NCBI GenBank assembly: GCA_965243025.1
Contig: CBDETY010000003.1
Location: 2,592,001 to 2,656,000, forward strand
From: Candidatus Latescibacterota bacterium
Lineage (GTDB): Bacteria; Latescibacterota; UBA2968; UBA8231
Direction of reading: 5' to 3'
DNA length: 64,000 bases
Part shown: in pieces, positions 19,057 through 28,251 of the stretch
Layout of the letters: every line of letters starts with the position of its first letter
How positions within the stretch are numbered: position 1 is the stretch's first letter
Made by a program: the position numbers and the translations under genes
The notes under the pieces: generated by a model
What the model was told of the DNA's origin: nothing
Database searches by the model: none
What the model saw: the letters and a program-made list of their open reading frames with translations, nothing else

Positions 19057-19091
19057 ACCGGATCCTCCCGTTGTTCTGGCTGCTTTCGACC

Positions 19092-19135
19092 GGGCCCGCT
19101 TCTTTCGCTGGAAGCCGGGCCCTTTGTTTTTCTCT
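19092..19135 (+). terminator. Rho-independent terminator after ctpA
   Basis: GGGCCC-GCTTC...GAAGC-C-GGGCCC stem followed by TTTGTTTTT. Confidence 0.65.
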
Positions 19136-19159
19136 TTCTCCTGAAGTATACAATTGAGC

Positions 19160-19223
19160 ACTTGTCGACAACAGGCCAGGGAATTTTGTATATGTATATT
19201 TTACAATATGTTACACATATTGT
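19160..19223. promoter_or_regulatory. AT-rich promoter/operator region upstream of lipA
   Basis: Perfect inverted repeat ACAATATG-n5-CATATTGT (19203-19223), palindrome TTGTCGACAA (19162-19171) and TTGTA-n11-TACAA. Confidence 0.45.
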
Positions 19224-19342
19224 TCGTCATGCTCTGACTTGCTCCCGCATCAGCCGGTCGATTATATTGGATAATCCTGAGACTTGGAGAGCTTCGCAAG
19301 AAACCGGTGAAACGAACGCAACCAGCTGTTTTTGATGACGAT

Positions 19343-20287
19343 ATGAAGAGCAAGGGTCGTTTGCCTCCCTGGCTCAGGGTCAAAGCCCCCGGAAGCCCCG
19401 ACTACCTCGATCTCAAGAGGCTGGTAAAGGAGCTCAGGCTCAACACGGTCTGCGAAAGCGCCCAGTGCCCCAACATCGGGGAATGCTGGGGCAGCCGCAC
19501 CGCGACCTTCATGATCCTGGGAGACGTCTGCACCCGCAGCTGCGGCTTCTGCGCCATACGCACCGGCCGCCCGCAGGGGCTGGATGAAGGAGAGCCGCTG
19601 CGGGTCGCCCGCGCCATCGCCACCCTCGGCCTGAGGCATGCGGTGATCACCTCGGTCAACAGGGACGAGCTTCCCGACGGGGGGGCGCGCATCTTCGCCA
19701 GGACCCTCGACGAAGTCCACCGCCTGTGCCCCGGGACATCGGTCGAGGTGCTGATTCCGGATTTCCAGGGGGACCTCGAAGCGCTGCAGACGGTCCTCGA
19801 CTCCGGTCCCGACATACTCAACCACAACATCGAAACCGCCCCGCGGCTTTACCGCTTGATGAGGCCCCAGGCGAAATACCAACGCTCCCTCGAGCTGCTC
19901 GAACGCGCCCGCCGACTCGGCCCCGCCCCGACGAAATCCGGGATGATGCTCGGGGCCGGGGAGACCCGCCGGGAGACCGAGGAGGTGATCGCCGACCTCG
20001 CCGCCGCAGGCTGCAGCATCCTCACCCTCGGACAGTACCTCAGCCCTTCCAGGCGCCACCACCCGGTCGCCCGTTTCGTGCCTCCCCGGGAATTCGTCGA
20101 ACTGCGCGACTTCGCGCTGAAGCTCGGCTTCCGGCATGTCGAATCGGGACCCCTGGTGCGCAGTTCCTACCACGCCGAACGGCAGGTGAACGGCTTCGAA
20201 ATGGCCGCCCGCCGCCCGGCTTCTCCGCCACTCACCGATGCGGCTGCGGCAGCAGAGGTTTCGCCGCGGCGGCATTCAACCGGATGA
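19343..20287 (+). CDS. lipA: Lipoyl synthase
   Basis: LPPWL, CESAQCPNIGEC, CTRSCGFC and RSSYHA motifs. Start could also be GTG 19307. Confidence 0.96.
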   Translation: MKSKGRLPPWLRVKAPGSPDYLDLKRLVKELRLNTVCESAQCPNIGECWGSRTATFMILGDVCTRSCGFCAIRTGRPQGLDEGEPLRVARAIATLGLRHAVITSVNRDELPDGGARIFARTLDEVHRLCPGTSVEVLIPDFQGDLEALQTVLDSGPDILNHNIETAPRLYRLMRPQAKYQRSLELLERARRLGPAPTKSGMMLGAGETRRETEEVIADLAAAGCSILTLGQYLSPSRRHHPVARFVPPREFVELRDFALKLGFRHVESGPLVRSSYHAERQVNGFEMAARRPASPPLTDAAAAAEVSPRRHSTG

Positions 20288-20297
20288 CGTCCCGTTC

Positions 20298-21308
20298 ATG
20301 CCAATCAACCTCGACAAGAAGTCCCTTCCGCCGTACCTGCGCCGCAAGAAGATCGTCGTTCAGGGAGAATCGATCCGGGAAATCGACGCGGTGGGAGACG
20401 GCAGAAAAAACACCATCTACGCCGTGGTCACCTCGCGGCAGCGGCTGATCGTCAAACAGGCGCACTCGCGAGTCCAGCAGACCAAGGAGCGCATCTATCT
20501 CGACCGCAAGCGGGTAGTCCACGAGATGGCCTGTATCGGCGTGCTTGCCGAGATCGTACCCCCCGACTTCGTGCCTGCCCCCGTCCTCCTGGACCGCAGC
20601 AATTTCATCCTCGTGACCACCGCGCCTGCCCGGGAGGCCCTGCTCTGGGAGAACGAGCTCCTGCGCGGGCGCGTCGACCTGCAAATCGCCGCCCAGTGCG
20701 GGGAGCTGCTGGGCACGGTTCACAGCGACACGGCAAACTCGCGCGATCTCAGGGAGACGTTCAAGGACACCAAGCCTTTCGAGCAGCTTCGCATCGCTCC
20801 GGCGTACGGCCGCATCGCCGAAGCATATCCCGAGTACAGAAAGGTCATCGAGGACCAGTCCAAGGAGCTGCTGAAGGGCTCCAGGGTCATGGTGCTGGGC
20901 GACCTCCGCCCGCGCAACGTCTGGGTCAACAAGGGCTCGATATACCTGATCGACTTCGCCACGGCCCATTTCGGGCACCCCGCCTTCGACCTGGCATTCT
21001 ACTGCCGCGACCTCTGCCTGAAGGCGATCATCAACAGCCCGCAGAAGGCCGCCTACCTCGAGGCCATCAACGTCTTCTGGCTGTCCTATTTCGTCGTCGC
21101 GCGGTACGCCGGGCAGCCAAAAGTGGAGCGCTCGGCGGTGAGGAACTTCGGCTGCCTCCTGCTTGCCAGCGCCCTCCATCCGCCCCCTGACATGGACCCT
21201 CCTACCAGCGACCTCACCCGGCGGATCGCGCAGAACCTGCTGGTCACCGAACTCGAAAAGATCGAAGACATCACCGAGTTCATTAATCGCACCCTGATTG
21301 ATGGGTAG
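20298..21308 (+). CDS. Aminoglycoside/methylthioribose-kinase-like phosphotransferase
   Basis: G..N...LIVKQA, GDLRPRNVW, IDFATAHFGHPAFDLAF. Confidence 0.75.
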   Translation: MPINLDKKSLPPYLRRKKIVVQGESIREIDAVGDGRKNTIYAVVTSRQRLIVKQAHSRVQQTKERIYLDRKRVVHEMACIGVLAEIVPPDFVPAPVLLDRSNFILVTTAPAREALLWENELLRGRVDLQIAAQCGELLGTVHSDTANSRDLRETFKDTKPFEQLRIAPAYGRIAEAYPEYRKVIEDQSKELLKGSRVMVLGDLRPRNVWVNKGSIYLIDFATAHFGHPAFDLAFYCRDLCLKAIINSPQKAAYLEAINVFWLSYFVVARYAGQPKVERSAVRNFGCLLLASALHPPPDMDPPTSDLTRRIAQNLLVTELEKIEDITEFINRTLIDG

Positions 21309-22905
21309 GAGCCTGCCCCGCGCCCGGCGCCTCGGCGCGGCGGTGGCGGCCGGGCTCGTCCTTTCCTGCTCTCTTCTCTCCCCGAGGCCGCTCTACCGAC
21401 CCGACCTCCCGACGCCGGCCCGGGAGTTCCGAGGCGTGTGGGTGGCGACGGTCGCCAACATCGACTGGCCGTCGGCACCGGGCCTTCCGAGCCGAACCCA
21501 GCAGTCCGAGGCGCTCGCCATTCTCGAGCGCTGCCGCGATCTCAACTTCAACGCCGTCATCCTTCAGGTCCGGCCGCAGTGCGACCTGATCTACCCCTCC
21601 GGCCTCGAACCCTGGTCCTACTTCCTCAGCGGCGAGCAGGGGTTTCCGCCGCAGCCGCTCTACGATCCCCTCAGCTTCTGGATCGACGAGGCGCACGCTC
21701 GGGGCCTCGAGCTCCACGCCTGGATCAATCCCTTCCGCGCCAACCATCCCGGACACGCCGGAAAGCCTTCCCCCCGCTCGATCCTCTCGCAGCGTCCCGA
21801 CCTCGCGCACCGGCTGGGCGGAAAGGGGTACTACTGGCTCGACCCCGGGCATCCCGAGGCGCGCGCCCACACCATGGAGGTCATCTTCGAGCTCATCGAG
21901 CACTACGATCTCGACGGGATTCACCTGGACGACTATTTCTACCCCTACCCCTCCTACAACGGCGGCGCCGATTTTCCCGACGGGGCCAGCTGGAGGGCAT
22001 ACCGCGATGCAGGGGGCTCCCTTTCCCGGTCGGACTGGCGCCGCCGCAACGTCGACGACTTCGTCCGCGACCTCTACCTGGAGATCAAACAGCGGCGTCC
22101 CCGAGTCATGGTCGGAATCAGCCCCTTCGGCATCTGGCGGCCAGGGCATCCGCCCGGTGTGAAAGCGGGAGTCGACCAGTACGAGACCCTCTTCGCGGAC
22201 CCGCGCCTGTGGCTGCGGGAGGGGTGGCTGGACTACCTCGCCCCGCAGCTGTACTGGCGGATCGCCCCCGAGGCCCAGAGCTTCCCCGCCCTGCTGTCCT
22301 GGTGGCGGGAGAACAATCTCCACCGCCGGCACCTGTGGCCGGGCCTGTTCACCAGCATGGTAAGCCAGGGCAAGTGGCCCGCCGGAGAGGTGGTCGACCA
22401 GATCGCGCTGGCCCGCGACATGCTGGAGAGCGACGGACATCTCCACTTCAGCATGCGGGCAATCCGGGCCGAAAGCGGCCGTTCGCGGCAGCTGACCACC
22501 TCGATCGGGGCCCGGATATACGCGCAGCCGGCTCTCGTTCCGCGCTCGACCTGGCTCGACTCCATCCCACCCCCGCCCCCAAAAGTGGCCCCGGCAGTGC
22601 GGAACGACAGCAGGGTGGTGCTGTCCTGGAAGCAGCCGCCCGGGGAGACCCCTTTTCTCTACGTGGTGTACTCGAAGGCGGGAACGAGCTGGACGTACGA
22701 CATCCTGCCCGGCAACCGGACCGGCCACGAGCTGGACCCGGGCGGGCTGTCGTGGCCGGGACCGGGGCGCGCCGAGCGCCGGGAGTTTGCCGTCAGCGCC
22801 GTCGACCGCCTGGGGAACGAGAGCGATCCGGTGATCGTCGCCTTGTCTTCGCAGCCGATCCGCAGGGCGGTTCGGGCCCCGGCGCCTCAACGGAGATGGG
22901 ACTGA
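21301..22905 (+). CDS. Glycosyl hydrolase-like 10 (GHL10, YddW/DigH-like) lipoprotein
   Basis: REFRGVWVATVANIDWPS, LQVRP, ELHAWINP, DGIHLDDYFYPY, GISPFGIWR and PQLYW, with an FN3-like tail. Confidence 0.9.
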   Translation: MGRSLPRARRLGAAVAAGLVLSCSLLSPRPLYRPDLPTPAREFRGVWVATVANIDWPSAPGLPSRTQQSEALAILERCRDLNFNAVILQVRPQCDLIYPSGLEPWSYFLSGEQGFPPQPLYDPLSFWIDEAHARGLELHAWINPFRANHPGHAGKPSPRSILSQRPDLAHRLGGKGYYWLDPGHPEARAHTMEVIFELIEHYDLDGIHLDDYFYPYPSYNGGADFPDGASWRAYRDAGGSLSRSDWRRRNVDDFVRDLYLEIKQRRPRVMVGISPFGIWRPGHPPGVKAGVDQYETLFADPRLWLREGWLDYLAPQLYWRIAPEAQSFPALLSWWRENNLHRRHLWPGLFTSMVSQGKWPAGEVVDQIALARDMLESDGHLHFSMRAIRAESGRSRQLTTSIGARIYAQPALVPRSTWLDSIPPPPPKVAPAVRNDSRVVLSWKQPPGETPFLYVVYSKAGTSWTYDILPGNRTGHELDPGGLSWPGPGRAERREFAVSAVDRLGNESDPVIVALSSQPIRRAVRAPAPQRRWD

Positions 22906-23645
22906 AAGTCCTTGCTGCTCGACAGGACGTGGGCGCGCATGCTCTCGCGCGCGGCCCTGGCGTCCTTGCGAGCGAGGGCCTCGAAAACCTCGTGATGCTG
23001 GGACACGGAAAGCCTGGCGCGGTCCCCCGCCCGGGATGACGAGGTTTCCAGGCTCCCCTTGATCCACTCCTGCAGGTAGCCTCGGGTGGTGCGCACCAGG
23101 TTGTAGAGGATCGAGTTGTGGGCGGCGCGGGCGACTTCGAGGTGGAAGGCGACGTCGAACTCGAGGAACTCTCCCGGCCGCTCGATCTCCCTCTCCATTC
23201 CGCGCAGCGTCGCCGCGATCGCCTCGAGGTTCTGCTCGCTGGCGCGCTCGGCGGCCCACCAGGCCGTGTTGGACTCCAGCATGAGCCGCGTCTCGATGAG
23301 GTCGCCGACCTGCTTCGGGTCGAGGGCGAAGCCCCACTCGTAGGCGCGGCCGAGGTGGCTTTCGTTGTCGGCCACGAAGGTGCCGTCCCCGACGCGGCCG
23401 GTGAGGATCCCCATCACCGACAGCGACCGCAGGGCCTCGCGGACCGAGGTCCTGCCGACGGCGAAGCGGCGGCACAGCTCCCGCTCCGACGGCAGCCGGT
23501 CCCCCGGTTTCAGCACGTTGCGCGAGATCAGGTCGGTGATCTGATCGACGATGGCGTCGCTTACCGAGCTTTTCGGGACGGGCCGCAGCAGTTCCGCCCC
23601 TTCGGCGGCCCCGGACCGGCCCCGATCCGTTTCACCTGAGCTCAT
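22887..23645 (-). CDS. GntR/FadR family transcriptional regulator
   Basis: LKPGDRLPSEREL...VGRTSVREAL wHTH and an FCD domain (D..FH...AHN). Confidence 0.93.
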   Translation of the reverse strand: MSSGETDRGRSGAAEGAELLRPVPKSSVSDAIVDQITDLISRNVLKPGDRLPSERELCRRFAVGRTSVREALRSLSVMGILTGRVGDGTFVADNESHLGRAYEWGFALDPKQVGDLIETRLMLESNTAWWAAERASEQNLEAIAATLRGMEREIERPGEFLEFDVAFHLEVARAAHNSILYNLVRTTRGYLQEWIKGSLETSSSRAGDRARLSVSQHHEVFEALARKDARAARESMRAHVLSSSKDFQSHLR

Positions 23646-23693
23646 GAATTCCCGATTGCTTTTATTCGCCGCCTTCGTACTTTCCTGTTGCCA

Positions 23694-23706
23694 ATGGTCT
23701 GACCAT
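23694..23706. promoter_or_regulatory. FadR-subfamily operator palindrome ATGGTC-T-GACCAT
   Basis: Perfect palindrome matching the TGGT-n3-ACCA pattern of FadR-subfamily (LldR/PdhR-type) sites, between the regulator and the divergent corrinoid operon. Confidence 0.7.
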
Positions 23707-23721
23707 CAGGCAGATTTTCTA

Positions 23722-23750
23722 TTGATACTCAGCCGGAAGCGCGCTGTCAA
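23722..23750 (-). promoter_or_regulatory. Putative sigma70 promoter of the GntR gene
   Basis: Minus strand TTGACA-17 nt-TATCAA; the operator lies just downstream. Confidence 0.5.
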
Positions 23751-23762
23751 GGAAGGTTGCCC

Positions 23763-24407
23763 ATGCCCCGGATCCTCGACCTAGGCTCCCGCATCGAGCT
23801 CGTGCCGATGGACTCGCACTGCGGGGAGATCTCTCTGGCCCTGTACCGCCGGGAGGAGTCCGGCGGGCCCGAGTTTCTCGTCCACACCTACAGCACCAGG
23901 GAAGGCGCCGATGAACGGGTCCGCTTCATAACCGCGGGGATGAAGGTGCTGGGAAACGTCGAGGACTCCCCGGCGAACCCCGGCTGCCTGCGCTTCCCCT
24001 GCGGCCACGGCCACGAGCTGGCCTGCCGGCGGCTGTTCCTCGAGGTCTGCAAGCTCCCCACCGGCAGCGACCTCGTTCCCCGCCCGCTGTCGGTTTTCGA
24101 CAAGAAGGCCGGCAAGGAGATGGTCGCCGTCAGCGAGGGGGAAGGCCTGTACACGGTAACCGCGGACGATCCGGGGGAAAGCATGACATTGCGGCGCATC
24201 GCCGCCACCGCGGGCGGCCTGGCCAAGCTCGGGGAAATGGAGCAGGCCGGCGACCGCCGTGACCGGGTCCGCTTCGCGTGCGGCCAGTCCCACGACAACC
24301 TCGTCGCCGTGCTGCTTCCCCGCGCCCTCAACGTGCGCACCGCCATGCGCGAGGCGGAGGCCGCCGCGGCGCGGGGGGTGCTTTCCGCTCCCAGCGCCCA
24401 GGAATAG
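23763..24407 (+). CDS. Hypothetical protein with duplicated RFxCGxxH motif
   Basis: First gene of the operon, GC3-rich codon usage, motifs LRFPCGHGH and VRFACGQSH. Confidence 0.7.
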   Translation: MPRILDLGSRIELVPMDSHCGEISLALYRREESGGPEFLVHTYSTREGADERVRFITAGMKVLGNVEDSPANPGCLRFPCGHGHELACRRLFLEVCKLPTGSDLVPRPLSVFDKKAGKEMVAVSEGEGLYTVTADDPGESMTLRRIAATAGGLAKLGEMEQAGDRRDRVRFACGQSHDNLVAVLLPRALNVRTAMREAEAAAARGVLSAPSAQE

Positions 24408-24429
24408 CAGATCAAAAGGAGATGTTCAC

Positions 24430-25491
24430 ATGGCAGACATCAAACCGATGACGGGCCGCGAACGCGTGCTCGCAGCCTTGCGCCGCGAGCCGGTCGACCG
24501 CACCCCCGTGTGCAATCCGACCTCGGTGGCGACCGTCGAGCTGATGGACCTCGTCGAAGCCCCCTTCCCCGAGGCCAACCGCGAACCCGAGCTCATGGCC
24601 CGCCTCGCCGCCACCGGATACACCGAGCTCGGCTTCGACAGCATCATGCCGGTGTTCACCATCATCCAGGAGTCCTCCGCCCTCGGCTGCAAGATCCAGT
24701 GGGAGCAGAAGGACAACTGGCCGACGGTGCGCATGCGCGAGCCGATCTACGAGAAGCTGGAGGACATCGTCATCCCCGACGATCTCTGCACCCACCCCGA
24801 CACCCGCTGCGTGCTCGAGGCGATCACCATCCTCAAGCGGGAGTACGGGGACGAGGTCGCCGTGATCGGCAAGACCATGGGGCCGTGGTCGCTCGCCTAC
24901 CACTGCTTCGGCGTCGAGCCCTTCCTGCTGCTGTCGCTCGACGACCCGGATGCCACGCGCGCCATCCTCGACAAGCTGAAGAAGGTCACCGTCGACTTCG
25001 GGGTCGCCCAGATCGAGGCCGGCGCCGACGCCCTGACCCTGCCCGACCACGCCACCGGCGACCTGGTCAGCGGCGAGTACTACGAGCGCTACCTGCGCGA
25101 CATGCACATCGAGTTCAGCGAGAGCATCCCGATTCCGCTGATTCTCCACATCTGCGGTCGCACCGTCGACCGCATGGAGTACATCGCCCAGACCGGGATG
25201 GCCGCCTTCCACTACGACTCGAAGAATCAGCCTCAGGAGTCGGTCGACATCATGCAGCGGCGCATCTCGCTGGTCGGCAACATCAACAACCCGGAAACCC
25301 TGTTCTCCAAGGGCCCCGAAGAGGTGCGCGCCGAGGTCTACAAGAACCTCGACGCCGGCGTGCAGCTGGTCGGCCCGGAATGCGCCATTCCGCTGCAGAC
25401 CTCCATCGAGAACCTGGTGGAAATCCCCAGAGCGGTGCAGGACTGGCACCGGGACGGCGCCCCTTCCGCACCCAGTGCGACACTGAACTGA
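24430..25491 (+). CDS. MtaA/CmuA family methyltransferase (uroporphyrinogen decarboxylase fold)
   Basis: RERVLAAL...PVDR, GPWSLA, ILHICG, GNINN and PECAIP (Zn ligands). RBS AAGGAG. Confidence 0.88.
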   Translation: MADIKPMTGRERVLAALRREPVDRTPVCNPTSVATVELMDLVEAPFPEANREPELMARLAATGYTELGFDSIMPVFTIIQESSALGCKIQWEQKDNWPTVRMREPIYEKLEDIVIPDDLCTHPDTRCVLEAITILKREYGDEVAVIGKTMGPWSLAYHCFGVEPFLLLSLDDPDATRAILDKLKKVTVDFGVAQIEAGADALTLPDHATGDLVSGEYYERYLRDMHIEFSESIPIPLILHICGRTVDRMEYIAQTGMAAFHYDSKNQPQESVDIMQRRISLVGNINNPETLFSKGPEEVRAEVYKNLDAGVQLVGPECAIPLQTSIENLVEIPRAVQDWHRDGAPSAPSATLN

Positions 25492-25506
25492 CGAGGTGAT
25501 TTGACG

Positions 25507-26256
25507 ATGGCGGAACTGTCCGACATTCAGAACGAAATAATCCGCTTCGAGATCGAGGAATACGTGGAGCGGCCCGACGAGATCGAGCGCAGCGTCGAGC
25601 TGTTCGCCGCGGCGCGGCCGCTGATGCAGGATATCGCCGCGGCCCTGGTCGAGGGCGAGCACGAGACCGTGGACCAGCTTTCCAGACAGGCCCTGGACGA
25701 GGGCATCGAGGCGCTCGAAATCATGGACGACGGCCTCATCGCCGGCATGGGCATAGTCGGCATCAAGTTCCGCGAGAACTTCATCTTCGTGCCCGAGGTG
25801 CTCTCATGCGCCCGCGCCATGAAGGCCGGAATGGCCCACATCGAGCCTATCCTGTCGGCCTCGGGCGTGGAGAGCGCCGGCATGGTGATCATGGGGACCG
25901 TCAAGGGAGACCTCCACGACATCGGCAAGAACCTCTGCATCATGATGCTCAGGGGAGCCGGCTTCGAGGTCATCGACCTAGGCGTCGACACCTCCGAGGA
26001 CGAGTTCATCGACGCCGTGGAGGAGCACGGAGCGCCGCTGATGGGGATGTCGGCGCTGCTTACCACGACGATGCCGAACATGGGCAAGACCATCGAGGCG
26101 TTCATCGACGCCGACCTGCGGGACGACGTGCAGATCATGGTCGGCGGAGCGCCGGTAACCCAGGAGTTCGCCGACGACATGGGGGCCGACGGCTACGGCA
26201 AGGACGCCCTGGCCTGCGTCGCCCTCGCCAAGGAGCTGGCCGCCGCGAAGGCCTGA
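25507..26256 (+). CDS. Corrinoid (cobalamin-binding) protein
   Basis: Cap domain (FVPEVL..ARAMK) and GDLHDIGKN...SALLTTT...GGAP B12-binding motif. Confidence 0.93.
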   Translation: MAELSDIQNEIIRFEIEEYVERPDEIERSVELFAAARPLMQDIAAALVEGEHETVDQLSRQALDEGIEALEIMDDGLIAGMGIVGIKFRENFIFVPEVLSCARAMKAGMAHIEPILSASGVESAGMVIMGTVKGDLHDIGKNLCIMMLRGAGFEVIDLGVDTSEDEFIDAVEEHGAPLMGMSALLTTTMPNMGKTIEAFIDADLRDDVQIMVGGAPVTQEFADDMGADGYGKDALACVALAKELAAAKA

Positions 26257-26267
26257 GCGGAGGCACG

Positions 26268-26585
26268 ATGCGCAAGATCACCCAGGAGGAGTACCAGCAG
26301 CGCCTCGACCGCATCGCCGGGCTGTTCGCCGACATGGTCTCTCACGCCGACGAGCAGTCCCGCAACCGCTGCCCCTACCGCAACCGCCACGACGAGTGCA
26401 CGGCGAAGATCCGCTGCCGCAACCAGCTGCCGGCGCGCTCCGAGGGGTCTCCGCTCATCTGCGGCCACGACGGCAGTTTCGACTACCGCGACGCCTGGGA
26501 CTCCGATCCCGGTGCCGTCGAGAAGGCCCGCGACAAGGTGTCCCGCATCAGGAAAACGGCCGGGGAGCGCCGCCGGGACGGGTGA
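26268..26585 (+). CDS. Small Cys-rich hypothetical protein
   Basis: RBS GGAGG, MRKITQEEY start, CPY...CTA...CRNQ...CGHD. Fills the gap between the corrinoid and RACo genes. Confidence 0.7.
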   Translation: MRKITQEEYQQRLDRIAGLFADMVSHADEQSRNRCPYRNRHDECTAKIRCRNQLPARSEGSPLICGHDGSFDYRDAWDSDPGAVEKARDKVSRIRKTAGERRRDG

Positions 26586-26586
26586 C

Positions 26587-28251
26587 ATGGCCACGGTGAT
26601 TCACGATCAGGTGCGGACCGAGCTCACTCCCGGCAGGACGATCTTCGACTACGCCGACGAGCTCGCCGTGCAGGTGCCTACCTCCTGCTACCGCACCGGC
26701 CACTGCCACGAGTGCGTGGTCGAGATCAGGAGCGGCATCGAGGCCCTGGCGCCGCCGACGGAGGCCGAGTCCTTCCTGCGCGAAAACTACCGCCTCGCCT
26801 GCCAGGCCGAGATTGTCCGCGACGACGTCGACGTCGAGTTCGCCCCCCTGCGGCGGACGCCGAAGATCCTGACCGCGGGCGTCGAGAAGAGGGTCCCTCT
26901 CGACCCGGTGGTGACGCGCCGGGGCAACGAGGTGCTCTACGACGGCGAGCCGGTCGACACCTGGCGCGGGCACCTCTACGGAATGGCGGTCGATCTCGGC
27001 ACCACCACGGTGGTGATGCAGCTGATCGACCTGGAGACGGGGGCGACGGTCTCGGTCAGCTCCTTCGAGAACCCCCAGCGCTTCGGCGGCAGCGACATCA
27101 TGCACCGCATTTCCTACGACGGCGGGGAATTCACGGGGGAACTGCAGCGGTCCCTGGCCAACGCAATCAGCCACGAGATCGTCGAGCTCGGCAGGCGCCT
27201 CGGGTTCGCGCGCCAGGAGATCTACGAGATCGTCGTCGCCGGCAACTCGACGATGCGCGACCTGCTGTTCAAGCTCGACGTGCAGAGCATCGGCCAGAAG
27301 CCGTACAAGTCGCTGATCGAGCACGACTTCCTCGAGGGCAACAGGCCGACCACCGCCCTGGTCGCCGACGCGCGCCGCCTCGGACTGCGCGCCAACCTGC
27401 GCACCAGGGTCTACGGCATGCCGCTGATCGCCAGCCACGTCGGCGCCGACACGGCCGCGGCCATCGCCGCCTGCGGCCTCGACCGCGACGCCGGCGAGGC
27501 GGCCATGATCGTCGATGTCGGCACCAACACCGAGGTCGTCGTCGCCGGCCGGGGCCGCATGCTGACCGCCTCCTGCCCGGCCGGCCCCGCCTTCGAGGGA
27601 GGGCTCGTCAAGTTCGGAATGCCGGGATACGAGGGGGCGATCGAATCGCTGCGCATCGCCCCCAACGGCAGCGGTGAGTTCCGGTACTCGACCATCGGCG
27701 GACTGCCGCCCCAGGGGATCTGCGGCTCCGGGCTGATCGACCTCCTCGCCGAGCTGCGGCGCCGCGGGCGGATGACGGAAATGGGGGTCTTCGGGGACAG
27801 GAAGCAGCGGGAGATGACCCTGATCCCCGAGCACGGCATCACCTTTTCGCGCGAGGACGCCAGCAACCTCGCGCAGGCCAAGGCGGCCAACTACTGCGGC
27901 CAGTTCATAACCCTGCGCGCCTTCGGGGTCGATCCCCGCGACGTCTCCAGGCTCTACCTCGCCGGAGGTTTCGCCAACTACATCGACGTCGACAACGCCA
28001 TCGACATCGGCTTCCTCGCCCCGGTGCCGCGGCAGCGCATCGCCAAGGTCGGAAACGCCGCGGTCCAGGGGGCCCGGGAGGTGCTGCTCAACCGCCGGCG
28101 GCGCGCCGGGATCGAAGCGCTCGTCCGCGACGTCGAACACCTCGAGCTCGAGACGACCCCCGACTTCTTCGAGGTCTTCGTCGAGGGCTGCCAGTTCAAG
28201 CCGATGCCGGCGCGCCTGGCCCCGGCCGCTGCGAAGGCCTTAGAACGGTGA
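26587..28251 (+). CDS. ASKHA-type reductive activator of corrinoid proteins (RACo/RamA-like, DUF4445) with N-terminal 2Fe-2S domain
   Basis: SCYRTGHCHEC...RLACQ ferredoxin, AVDLGTTT, NPQRFGGSD, DVGTNTE, GPAFEG, GICGSG and LAGGF. Confidence 0.9.
   Translation: MATVIHDQVRTELTPGRTIFDYADELAVQVPTSCYRTGHCHECVVEIRSGIEALAPPTEAESFLRENYRLACQAEIVRDDVDVEFAPLRRTPKILTAGVEKRVPLDPVVTRRGNEVLYDGEPVDTWRGHLYGMAVDLGTTTVVMQLIDLETGATVSVSSFENPQRFGGSDIMHRISYDGGEFTGELQRSLANAISHEIVELGRRLGFARQEIYEIVVAGNSTMRDLLFKLDVQSIGQKPYKSLIEHDFLEGNRPTTALVADARRLGLRANLRTRVYGMPLIASHVGADTAAAIAACGLDRDAGEAAMIVDVGTNTEVVVAGRGRMLTASCPAGPAFEGGLVKFGMPGYEGAIESLRIAPNGSGEFRYSTIGGLPPQGICGSGLIDLLAELRRRGRMTEMGVFGDRKQREMTLIPEHGITFSREDASNLAQAKAANYCGQFITLRAFGVDPRDVSRLYLAGGFANYIDVDNAIDIGFLAPVPRQRIAKVGNAAVQGAREVLLNRRRRAGIEALVRDVEHLELETTPDFFEVFVEGCQFKPMPARLAPAAAKALER

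Noticed and set aside
23646-23762. Expected cobalamin or SAM riboswitch before the corrinoid operon
   Set aside because: The gap is only 117 bp, holds promoter/operator elements and shows no B12-box or S-box motif.
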